The notes beneath the pieces are model-generated. The model saw only the letters and a program-made list of their open reading frames with translations, did not search any database and was not told where the DNA came from. A stretch of 21,780 nt of DNA from Octopus sinensis (lineage: Eukaryota): assembly GCF_006345805.1 (NCBI RefSeq), contig NW_021823659.1, positions 1-21,780 of the forward strand, given 5' to 3'. How positions within the stretch are numbered: position 1 is the first letter of the stretch; each line of letters starts with the position of its first letter. Positions 1-9,540 of the stretch are shown in pieces. Made by a program: the position numbers and the translations under genes.

Positions 1-212
1 CTACTCTCTCTCTCTCTCTCTACTTCTCTCTCTCTCTCTACTTCTCTCTCTCTCTCTCTACTTCTCTCTCTCTACTTCTCTCCTCTCTCTCTACTTCTCT
101 CTCTCTCTCTACTTCTCTCTCTCTCTACCTCTCTCTCTCTCTACTTCCTTCTCTACTCTCTCTCTCTCTCTCTCTACTTCTCTCTCTCTCTTTCTTATTT
201 TCATTCTCTCCT

Positions 213-251
<39 letters not shown>

Positions 252-1208
252 TATTTTCATTCTCTCCTTCGGTCTCTCGATATACCACACAATTGTTTGT
301 TTTTATCCTCGCCCCTCCTCTCTTTTATTCAAATCCACTCTCTTTCGTTTTCCCTTCCTTTCATTTTATATTATTGTTTCCTCATTTGCTCTCTCTCTCA
401 CTCTCTCTCTCTCTCTCTCCCTGTCTCTCTCTCCGTTTCTCCTTCTCATTCTTTCGCTCTATCCTTAACGCATGCAATCACTCTGACGTTCTCTCACTGA
501 CTTCCTCCATTTTGTTCCCCATTTTCTCTTTTGTTTTGTCGCCCACTCTCTTCCCCCTCTCTCACACTCGCTTGTTATTCTTCTCCCTTTTGTTCTCTCC
601 AACTTACTCTCTCTCTACCGCTCTCTTACTCACTATCTTTTTTGTTCTACTTCTCTCTCTTTTGTTCTGCCACCACCACACTCTCTCTCTCTGTCAATCA
701 TTTATTCTCCCTTATCTCTTTTCGGTCCTTTCTATAGTTCCTTATTTCTCTCTCTCTCTCTCTCTCTCTTTATTCCTTCCGCCTCTCTCTCTCACTCTCA
801 CACACTCACAACACTCTCACATTTCTCTACCTTCGTAGTCTCCATTACTTTATCATCTCCTCCTTCTCCTCCTCATAAAAATTTCCTGCTCCCCTCTTGC
901 ATACATTTATTTCTATTAAATCTCTTCACTTTAGCTTCCCTTTCATTCTTTATTTCCACTACCTTTCTTTTCTCTCCATCTTCCCCTTCCCCAACACCTT
1001 ATCAATTACTTTATCACCCACTCTCTTACTCCCTCTATTTCTCATTCTCTCGCTGTCTCTATCTCTCTCCCTCTAACCCTCTTTTTCGTCCTATCATTTA
1101 CTTTCTCTCTCCTCTCTCTGCCCCATTCATTATATTTCTTTACTTGATCTCCCCTCCTTTTTATTTCTCTCTTACCCTTTCCGTTTTGCCTTCTTTGATC
1201 ATTCTCTC

Positions 1209-1259
<51 letters not shown>

Positions 1260-1560
1260 AAAACTTACACACTCACCATAGTACTATTACGTGTATTTCC
1301 TACCTATTTTCTGAATCATTCTCTCTCAAACTTTCTTTTACTCTCCCATTCACATTACCGACTCATTCTCTCAATATATTTTTTTGCCGTCTCTCTCTCT
1401 CCATTTTCCTTCCCACTCAATTCGCTCACTCTCTTTCCCTCTTTCACAATTGCATTTTTGACTTTCTCTTTTCATCCAACCATCCTCCATTTTATTTCTC
1501 GTGAACGTTTTCCTTTTCAACTTTTGATTTACTCATCTCCCCTCCTCTTTCTCTTCCACC
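1..1560. repeat. Polypyrimidine low-complexity tract: (CT)n with periodic TACTT interruptions (1-190), CT-rich sequence beyond, (CA)n at 1214-1259
   Basis: Direct reading. ORFs 293..838, 297..500 and 531..737 are L/S/F-rich by-products of the tract. Confidence 0.95.
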
Positions 1561-1913
1561 CACTATACCTCCACATCCCTTAATGTTAGCCTTTCTTCTA
1601 TTCTTTCACATCACTTGTTTTATTTAAATACTTCCCTTTTTTTTCTATTTGTTTTATTTTAAATTTAAATTTTGTATTTTCTTGCTCTCTTGTTTTCATC
1701 GAAATTGCTATCGTCTGCCTCTTCCAGTTCTTTTTATTATGGTTATGTTTCTTTTTCGCGTTTTTAAAATCAGTTTTTGTGTTAAATATATTTTCCCACA
1801 CAATCTCTTCTATTTTGTTCTCTTTTGTTTTATGTGCTTTGGTTATTTCTTTTGATTCCATTTTGTTAGGATTCACTATAGTCTTTCATCCTTAATTTCA
1901 TGTAATCGATTAT

Positions 1914-1981
1914 TCTATCAATTTATCTATCTATTTATCTATTTATTTATCTATTTATTTATGTTACTATCATCATCATCA

Positions 1982-2066
<85 letters not shown>
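1914..2066. repeat. Compound microsatellite (TATC/TATT)n-(ATC)n-(ATT)n
   Basis: Direct reading. Confidence 0.95.
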
Positions 2067-3015
2067 TGCAGTAATAGTAATAGTAGTCGTGTTAATGTTG
2101 TTGTTATTGCTGTTGTTTGCCATGAACGGACGTTTATAAGAGAGCTCCGCAGAAGATTTTGATCTTACCAGGTTTTATTTAACAGAGAAAAAAAAATGCC
2201 AAACGAAGAAAAAGGTGCTAGCTACAAACATAGTAGTAACAGATTCACTTATAAAGATAATTTTGTAAAAAAAATACAACGAAAACACAAATTAGAAGAA
2301 GATCAAGAAAAAATTTATGACTTTTGGAAAAGTAGACTCTGATGTAGACATCTTAACAAATACTGACAAAAACACGAATACTTTGCTTTTATAACATTAA
2401 TAGCAACAAAAGAAACAATGTCACATTTACCAGCGTTGCGAGACAGAGGGAAACATTGGATATGAGCCGGTTCTCGAAAAGACAATAACTTGATTGAAGT
2501 ATGTCACAAATGAAAGTGTGTTCTGGCTCAAAGATATAATCGTAGAAAAGTCAATAACTAAAATTATATAAATCTGTTTTAGCAGAAACGGAAGGGGCGT
2601 TAGGCACCTCTCAAAGCAGCAACGAGAGGAACAACTGAATGATGCGTGGCACAATACGTAATCCATCAAATAGGAAAGCGCGTATGGGAGTGGATGATCG
2701 TATTTGATACTAAGAACGAAATGAAACGACAGGTGGAGCGTATGACTCACATTCATGCTCATAGGGTCCTGCTGCAATATATGAGTGATTGGGAATTGTG
2801 TTGAACCTTGGTTCAGCGCCACCTTTACGACGGAGTACATATAGGCGGAGAGAGCACTGGAAATACGCATCATAAATAAGCTGTGTTAGCCTCTTCTTCT
2901 TGATTCATTTGACAAAAATCAACGTTGGAATACACTACACTATCCACGCATATATCACATATATTTTGTGTAACAATTTAAATATATAGCAGAACTTTAG
3001 TGCATTCCTCACACA

Positions 3016-3190
3016 AATATATATACATACACACTCACACGAAGACACAAACACACATACACGCACACACATACACACGCACACACACATAATGTTGGAA
3101 ACAGGCACTGTGAAGCACATGTGTGTGTTGTATGTGTGTGTGTATCTAAGTAAGTATATGTGTGTATCTGTGTGAGTGCGCGCGCGCCTG
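3016..3190. repeat. Facing (CA)n-rich and (TG)n-rich tracts ending in a (GC)n run
   Basis: CA-rich about 3016-3090, TG-rich about 3117-3178, GCGCGCGCGC about 3178-3187. Confidence 0.85.
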
Positions 3191-3374
3191 TGCGTTTCAG
3201 TATGCTCATGTCCCTAGGCTTCCCGTAACCCTTTCTGAGAAAATAAAAAGAACGGTGTTATGTAGATGTATATCAATTTAAAGACATAAACGGAAGCGGA
3301 CCTTCCCAGAACAAGATGGTTTATGCTTGAAAAGAATTCGAAGAGGCAGACTTCAAAAATTCTGCAAACATTAA

Positions 3375-3594
3375 CCCTTTAGTGTTCAGATTACTCTGTT
3401 AAATGTAATACTTTTTCACTCAAATTGTTTTGAACTAATCATGCATTATCTTATAGCTTTGGGGTTTCAATGATGTGATTGTTTATTTTTAGAATGTCAG
3501 TGTAGGTTAGGTGTGAGAGGCTAAATATCGCCAGTTTGAATATAAAACATGTAGAATATCTGGGCCAGTTATGGCCGGTTTAAACACTAAAGGG
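3375..3594. mobile_element. piggyBac-type non-autonomous MITE, 220 bp
   Basis: Perfect 12-bp TIRs CCCTTTAGTGTT (3375-3386) and AACACTAAAGGG (3583-3594), TTAA on both sides (3371-3374, 3595-3598), no coding capacity. TTAA-CCC...GGG-TTAA is the piggyBac signature. Confidence 0.9.
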
Positions 3595-3853
3595 TTAAGG
3601 TTGTATTCGAGTAAAATTTTCCCTTGAGCACCATGACAGAGAAACACTTTACCGTCTTACGAAGACCTGAAGAATTTACACTGATACTAATTTATCGGCA
3701 AACATACCATCAGAACAAGACTTCTGGTTAATGGTGAAATGTGCTGTGTTACAAGAGCCTAACACACTGCTATGAAAAAAAAATTCGTAAAAGAAATTTA
3801 ATTGAAGAAGTTTAGAAATTCATATTTAAGCGCAATCTAAGATACTAGACAGG

Positions 3854-4503
3854 ATGTTCGATCTAATAGCGATGTTACGAGAGTGGAAACTGCAGGTGAC
3901 ATTGATGCGTGGAAGGTATTGATGTTACAATTGTGACAGCACCAGTTATTCTAAGGCATTCTGCCCTGTAACAGCAAGAGAAAGTATGACTTTTGAAAGA
4001 ACGCCAGCACAACTACAGCAACACCAGTGGAGGCGCAATGGCCAAATGGTTAGGGCAGCGGACTCGCGGTCGGAGGATCGCGGTTTCGATTCCCAGACCG
4101 GGCGTTGTGTGTGTTTATTGAGCGAAGACACCTAAAGCTCCACGAGGCTCCGGCAGGGGATGGTGGCGACCCCTGTTGTACTCTTTCGCTCCAACTTTCT
4201 CTCACTTTTTCTTCCTGTTTCTTGTCCCCGACTTCTTACGCAACCGCTGAGCCTGGAGGCTCTCGGTGTCGGGGGTTGACCTGCTTTCTCTTCTGCGGGT
4301 CTTACGAATAGCAAAGGACCACGTTTCGGACTTCTCCCACTACAAGCAATCCTGAGGCGTGATCTTGCGAGCTCTGGGACGAAGACCGCTTCGCTCAACA
4401 AACAAACAAACAAATAAACAAACAGCAACACCAACCAGGGCGGGTAACTTCAGCAACAGTGGCCTCAACTTCAGCTATAAAACGGGAAGTACTTCTCCAC
4501 CAA
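3854..4503 (+). pseudogene. Decayed gag-like ORF1 (CCHC zinc knuckle) of a LINE, interrupted by a SINE
   Basis: Frame from 3854 reads MFDLIAMLREWKLQVTLMRGRY*CYNCDSTSYSKAFCP. Spacing is exactly CX2CX4(H>Y)X4C at 3923-3964. The frame stays open across the SINE site when the SINE and one TSD are removed (to TAA at 4501-4503). Confidence 0.65.
4027..4421 (+). mobile_element. Full-length tRNA-derived SINE (probably the octopus OR-type family; name from recall), tail type 1
   Basis: A-box TGGCCAAATGG 4039-4049, B-box-like GGTTTCGATTCC 4082-4093, (AAAC)n tail 4397-4421, 12-bp TSD ACAGCAACACCA at 4015-4026 and 4422-4433. Confidence 0.93.
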
Positions 4504-4901
4504 TAACAGCAATTACACCAACAGTGAAGGCATCAACAACAAAAACTACAAAAAAAAAAGCCCCACCCCAAAGGCCACAACATCCTCGACATCAGTAACA
4601 GCAACTGAAAATTTTAAAGGAACAAGAGCGACAAAGAAGAAAACCTAGCACGACATTCCTCTTACCACTTCTGGCTACTCAAGAATGTCACGTGGTAAAG
4701 ACAGCGAAAAAGCCTGAAAATATTTCGACGAAAGATAAAATAGAAAAAAATGTAAAAAAAATAAAAAAATAAACGTCCGGGCGGTTTGAGGTAACGGTAG
4801 AAATCCATCTACACTGTTTCTAACAACACCAATGCTATCAGTACCGTTAACATCACTGGCACTACATGTAAGACCAACATATATATATATATATATATAT
4901 A

Positions 4902-5934
4902 GGTAACAGTAAAATTAATTACAGACATGGACAAGAACATGAAACACCACAGAGACGACACAAGAACCACAGGACGGGACATTCGAAGCCCTCAGTCATC
5001 AGTCAAGAACCAGATCATCTTAGCAATTCGGCTGATTAATCTTGAGATTGCTCCGATATGGCCAGCCCGCCAAGGGAAATCTAAGCCAAGCGCATTAGAT
5101 CCCCTGGAAGAAAGCTTCGAATGTATACAACGAAAGGACGGAAACGATCGAAGTACACAAACAAAAATACAGAATACGTGACACCAATAAGAATACAAAA
5201 ACGTAAAACAATAACGGTAAAAATAAAAAATAAAACAACAAAACAAAACCAGGACGTAGGACAAGGGTCTTTCGACAGGACGATTTGAGTATGGGGCTGG
5301 CTGTGTTTGTGCCTAAGGCCACGGGGAGACGAACAAATACGTGTTGCTTCTGCGGCTGCTGAAAAACGAAAGAGCGCTCAACAGCGGCTAGCTGTCACGT
5401 GAGAACAAAAGACAGGAGAAAGGGACAGATGAAAAGGGAGAGAAGGTGGACGAGGGAGGAGAAGAAAGAGACAGATCGAGGGGGCTGGAGGTGAGAGAGA
5501 TAGAGAAACGTAGAAGGGGGGGGGGAGACGGATGGAGAGGGAAAGAAAGGAAGTGGAATAAGGGAGGAGAGAGAGAGAGAGAAAAAGAGACAGATTAAGA
5601 GTCGTATCAAAGCTAGAGAAAAAAATATACTTATCGTATAAGGACAATTGTGGATACGTAGCCGCCGATTATATAGGTAAACAGTAAAATTAATTACAGA
5701 CATGGACAAGAACATGAAACACCACAGAGACGACACAAGAACCACAGGACGGGACATTCGAAGCCCTCAGTCATCAGTCAAGAACCAGATCATCTTAGCA
5801 ATTTCGGCTGATTAATCTTGAGATGCTCCGATATGGCCATCCCGCCAAGGGAAATCTAAGCCAAGCGCATTAGATCCCCTGAAGAAAACTTCGAATGTAT
5901 ACAACGAAAGGACGGAAACGATCGAAGTACACAA
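4902..5934 (-). mobile_element. Partial-tandem interspersed element (774-bp unit plus 259-bp terminal duplicate) between TA tracts; Penelope-like pLTR architecture suspected
   Basis: 4902-5160 is repeated at 5676-5934 with few differences. (TA)n lies at 4879-4901 and about 5938-5957, with a GA-rich block at about 5400-5590. Strand and class are inferred from architecture only. Confidence 0.55.
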
Positions 5935-5987
5935 CAATATATTATATATATATATATGTGTGTTTGTGTGTGTGTGTGGTGTGTGTG

Positions 5988-6290
5988 TGTGAAGGCGTAA
6001 TGGCCCAGTGGTTAGGGCAGCGGACTCGCGGTCGGAGGATCACGGTTTCGATTCCCAGACCGGGCGTTGTTTATGGTTATTGAGCGAAAACACATAAAAG
6101 CTCCACGATGCTCCGGCAGGGGGTGGTAGCAACCCCTGTTGCACTCTTTCGCCACAGCTTTCTCTCACTCTCTCTTCCTGTTTCTTGAGTAACGCTGCGA
6201 TGGACTGGCGTCCCGTCCAGCTGGGGTGAACACATACGCCACAGAAACCAGGAAACCGACCCCATGAGCCTGGCTAGGCTTGAAAAGGGC

Positions 6291-6293
<3 letters not shown>
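5988..6293 (+). mobile_element. tRNA-derived SINE with the same head/body as 4027-4421 but tail type 2 (V-domain-like motif)
   Basis: A-box TGGCCCAGTGG 6001-6011, B-box-like 6044-6055. Colinear with the first SINE to TTCCTGTTTCTTG (6187), then CTGCGATGGACTGGCGTCCCGTCCAG at 6195-6220. Confidence 0.9.
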
Positions 6294-6324
<31 letters not shown>

Positions 6325-6327
<3 letters not shown>

Positions 6328-6505
6328 GATTTTTTTTCCTCCGTCTTCCCTTCTCTGGATCTTTCCTTCTCCTATGTTTCCGACGAAGAGCTCCGCTCGA
6401 AACGTTAAACCCTCCTTCTTTCCTTCTTTCATGAGCGTCCAATAATACTATATTTGTTCCACGTCCTCGCGTTGTTGTGTTTTTTTTTGTGCTTTCTTGT
6501 TTGAT

Positions 6506-6510
<5 letters not shown>
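6325..6510 (+). mobile_element. About 185-bp non-autonomous element flanked by (TA)n, containing a hammerhead fold (Penelope/retrozyme-like)
   Basis: (TA)n at 6294-6324 and 6511-6552. A second copy of its 3' part lies on the minus strand at about 21705-21780. Confidence 0.7.
6376..6410 (+). ncRNA. Minimal type I hammerhead ribozyme-like motif with a U4C core variant
   Basis: Stem I GTTT/AAAC; core CCGACGA (canonical CUGANGA); extra A; stem II GAGC-TCC-GCTC; GAA; palindromic stem III ACGT; cleavage triplet GTT (site after 6406). Confidence 0.65.
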
Positions 6511-6556
<46 letters not shown>

Positions 6557-6825
6557 AATTCCAATTCATGTCCATATCAGCTGCCAGAACAGCATTTACA
6601 ACTAACACACAGAAAAAGGAAATAATTAACTACCTGGCAATCGGTATCAGCAAGAGAATTAATGAACAAACACCAACGCACAAACATTACACGCAACGAT
6701 TGCATAACATTAACAAATAGCACGGCAACATACAAAAATATCATCAACACAAAACAACAAAAATGCGTACACCCTTTCAAAAACCCAAATAACTCGACAG
6801 GAGCTTTTTGAGGAACACTAATACA

Positions 6826-8116
6826 CAATTACAAATACAAACACCCACAAATAGCCGGAAGGGTGGAACAATTACAAACACCCACAAATAGCCGGAAGGG
6901 TGGAACAATTACAAACACCCACAAATAGCCGGAAGGGTGGAACAATTACAAACACCACAAATAGCCGGAAGGTGGAACAATTACAAACACCCACAAATAG
7001 CCGGAAGGGTGGAACAATTACAAACACCCACAAATAGCCGGAAGGGTGGAACAATTACAAACACCCACAAATAGCCGGAAGGGTGGAACAATTACAAACA
7101 CCCACAAATAGCAGGAAGGGTGGAACAATTACAAACACCCACAAATAGCCGGAAGGGTGGAACAATTACAAACACCCACAAATAGCCGGAAGGGTGGAAC
7201 AATTACAAACACCCACAAATAGCCGGAAGGGTGGAACAATTACAAACACCCACAAATAGCCGGAAGGGTGGAACATTACAAACACCCACAAATAGCCGGA
7301 AGGGTGGACAATTACAAACACCCCAAATAGCCGGAAGGGTGGAACAATTACAAACACCCACAAATAGCCGGAAGGGTGGAACAATTACAAACACCCACAA
7401 ATAGCAGGAAGGGTGGAACAATTACAAACACCCACAAATAGCCGGAAGGGTGGAACAATTACAAACACCCACAAATAGCCGGAAGGGTGGAACAATTACA
7501 AACACCCACAAATAGCAGGAAGGGTGGAACAATTACAAACACCCACAAATAGCCGGAAGGGTGAACATTACAAACACCCACAAATACCGGAAGGGTGGAA
7601 CAATTACAAACACCCACAAATAGCAGGAAGGGTGGAACAATTACAAACACCCACAAATAGCCGGAAGGGTGGAACAATTACAAACACCCACAAATAGCCG
7701 GAAGGGTGGAACAATTACAAACACCCACAAATAGCCGGAAGGGTGGAACAATTACAAACACCCACAAATAGCCGGAAGGGTGGAACAATTACAAACACCC
7801 ACAAATAGCCGGAAGGGTGAACATTACAAACACCCACAAATAGCCGGAAGGGTGGAACAATTACAAACACACCCACAATAGCCGGAAGGGTGGGACAATT
7901 ACAAACACCACAAATAGCCGGAAGGGTGGAACAATACAAACACCCACAATAGCCGGAAGGGTGGAACAATTACAAACACCCACAAATAGCCGGAAGGGTG
8001 GAACAATTACAAACACCCACAAATAGCCGGAAGGGTGGAACAATTACAAACACCCACAAATAGCCGGAAGGGTGGAACAATTACAAACACCCACAAATAG
8101 CCGGAAGGGTGGAACA
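6826..8116. repeat. 37-bp minisatellite, about 35 copies, consensus ACAATTACAAACACCCACAAATAGCCGGAAGGGTGGA
   Basis: Period measured directly (6841 to 6878; 7024 to 7061). Recurrent TAGCAGG variant and scattered 1-2 bp indels. Confidence 0.97.
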
Positions 8117-8176
8117 CCTGTCCTCCCACAAGAATAATGTGAGTGGTCTTTCTCATTGGATTCATTTTCATCCAGC

Positions 8177-8440
8177 ATGGCTTTACTCAGAAGTATCAGT
8201 GTGAATGCGTGTGACCTAGGATGGCTTTGAAAGCGACCTCAGGTCACAAGTTATAGAAGCTGTGTCCATCAACGAGACCAGAATTTCCGAAGTACGATCA
8301 TCACACCCACTGTCGGCAGCTTTCATGTATTTCCATCACCAAACCACCAAGGATTGGGAGGCGGAGTCGACGTGTTGGCCAGATGTTGGGTGCCGGACGG
8401 AGTGGTTAAGTTTTTCGGTATCAGGTTTCTTCAAGATCAA
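8177..8440 (+). pseudogene. Degenerate APE endonuclease N-terminus of L1/Tx1-type ORF2
   Basis: ATG at 8177: MALLRSISVNACDLG, then with frameshifts DLRSQVIEAVSINETRIS and FHVFPSPNHQGLGGGVDVLAR. These match the order of the APE N..(Q/N)ET..GGGV motifs. Confidence 0.7.
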
Positions 8441-8489
8441 CAAGTGAAGAAGAACTGAGATGAAGCGGCAAGCAGAATGCAGATATATA

Positions 8490-9540
8490 TTTTCAACACC
8501 CGTTGAATGAAGAACAGGGCATGCCGTGATTAATGGTGTTCAGACATGCGCTGAGACTGCGGCATATCCAACATCTTTGACGGTGAAACTGTTTGGTCGC
8601 CCGCCGTTTGTCAGACGCATCTCTCCCAACTCGTCGCTTTAGCGGGGCTGCAGTTTGGGTTATGCTCAGACGTGTGTGTGAGAGATAGATAGATAGAGAG
8701 GGAGTGAGAGATAGAGAGAGAGAGAGAGTGAGAGAAAGAGTGCTTGGTATCTAGAATGTCGTCAGGCTCTCACATGTAGGATGGAATTGGCTATCGGCAG
8801 AGTCTCTTTTGAAGATCGACGTCCTTCCCTCCTTTGGTCAGGAAGAGAAGATACATTTTATTTCTTCGATGGCCTTGTCGAAAGATGTTGTGAGGTGGAC
8901 AAGACTGAAAGAGCTGAAGGCTCTCACAACCTTCCACCAGTGAGGAAATGGAGTCAGTAGAAATTCCACTCCAGCATTCGATAGATGATTAACGGCGGAC
9001 ACATACCATGAGTTCCTTCGAGAAAACCTAACCATTGACCAAAACTGGCATGCTAGACTATTCTGGAGGATTTCTCTTACTTGGCCCATAGATAAAGTCC
9101 CCAAATCCCTGGCCTGGTATTGCTCCCGAGGGGCATTACAGTGCTGGTAGTGCTACCAATGAATTCTTTAAGCATGGTAGTGCTGGCAACCAGACCGGCT
9201 CAAGATCCGTGCACAGCGACGAAATTGTTCTGCACACACTCGTTCAGTGCCCAATATTTGGATTTATTTCGATTTGCTGCTGTCACATGTAGGATGGAAT
9301 CGGCTACCGGCAGAGACGATTTTGAAGATCGACGTCCTTCCTTCCTTTTCTCAGGGAGAGAAGATACATTTTATTTGTTCGATGGCCTTGTCGAAAGATG
9401 TGAGGTGGGCAAGACTGAAAGAGCTGAAGTCAAATATTTTTCTCTGCGGTCAAGTCATCATTAGCTATTTGAGGTTTCACTGTAAGAGCAAATTGAGGGT
9501 CGAAATGGAAGTAGTCATTGAAAATTTGGTCCCAGGTTAG
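8490..9540 (+). pseudogene. Degenerate post-RT C-terminal part of L1/Tx1-type ORF2 (GGLGxP-like motif, zf-RVT-like cysteine region)
   Basis: QHPLNEEQGMP..RHALRLRH; DGETVWSP; WYLECRQALTTFH; KSLAWYCSRGAL; SRSVHSDEIVLHTLVQCP; LLSHVGWNRLPAETILKIDVLPSF..LRFHCKSKLRVE. Assignment is from recall of L1/Tx1 sequences. Confidence 0.65.
8672..8740. repeat. (TG)/(GA)/(GATA) microsatellite inside the LINE remnant
   Basis: Direct reading. Confidence 0.9.

Noticed and set aside
1598-1876. K/N/E-rich minus-strand ORF
   Set aside because: Reverse complement of T-rich low-complexity DNA; no domain recognised.
4029-4105. Functional tRNA gene (also at 5991-6065)
   Set aside because: A/B boxes are followed by SINE body, tail and TSD; no proper acceptor stem or anticodon arm.
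4975-5005. Hammerhead on the minus strand (CTGATGA..GAAT GTC)
   Set aside because: No GAAA, no convincing stem II, and no stem I pairing.
6455-6475. HDV-like ribozyme loop (TCCTCGC)
   Set aside because: Flanks do not form P3, and no P1/P2 could be built.
6553-6825. Possible second APE N-terminus (..TQKKEIINYLAIG..)
   Set aside because: Catalytic N and E motifs are not recoverable; similarity is too vague.
6872-8043. Repetitive ORFs MFHPSGYLWVFVIVPPF..
   Set aside because: Translations of a 37-bp repeat cycling through three frames.
6826-8116. CRISPR array (37-bp repeat length)
   Set aside because: Units are contiguous with no unique spacers, there are no cas genes, and the context is eukaryotic.
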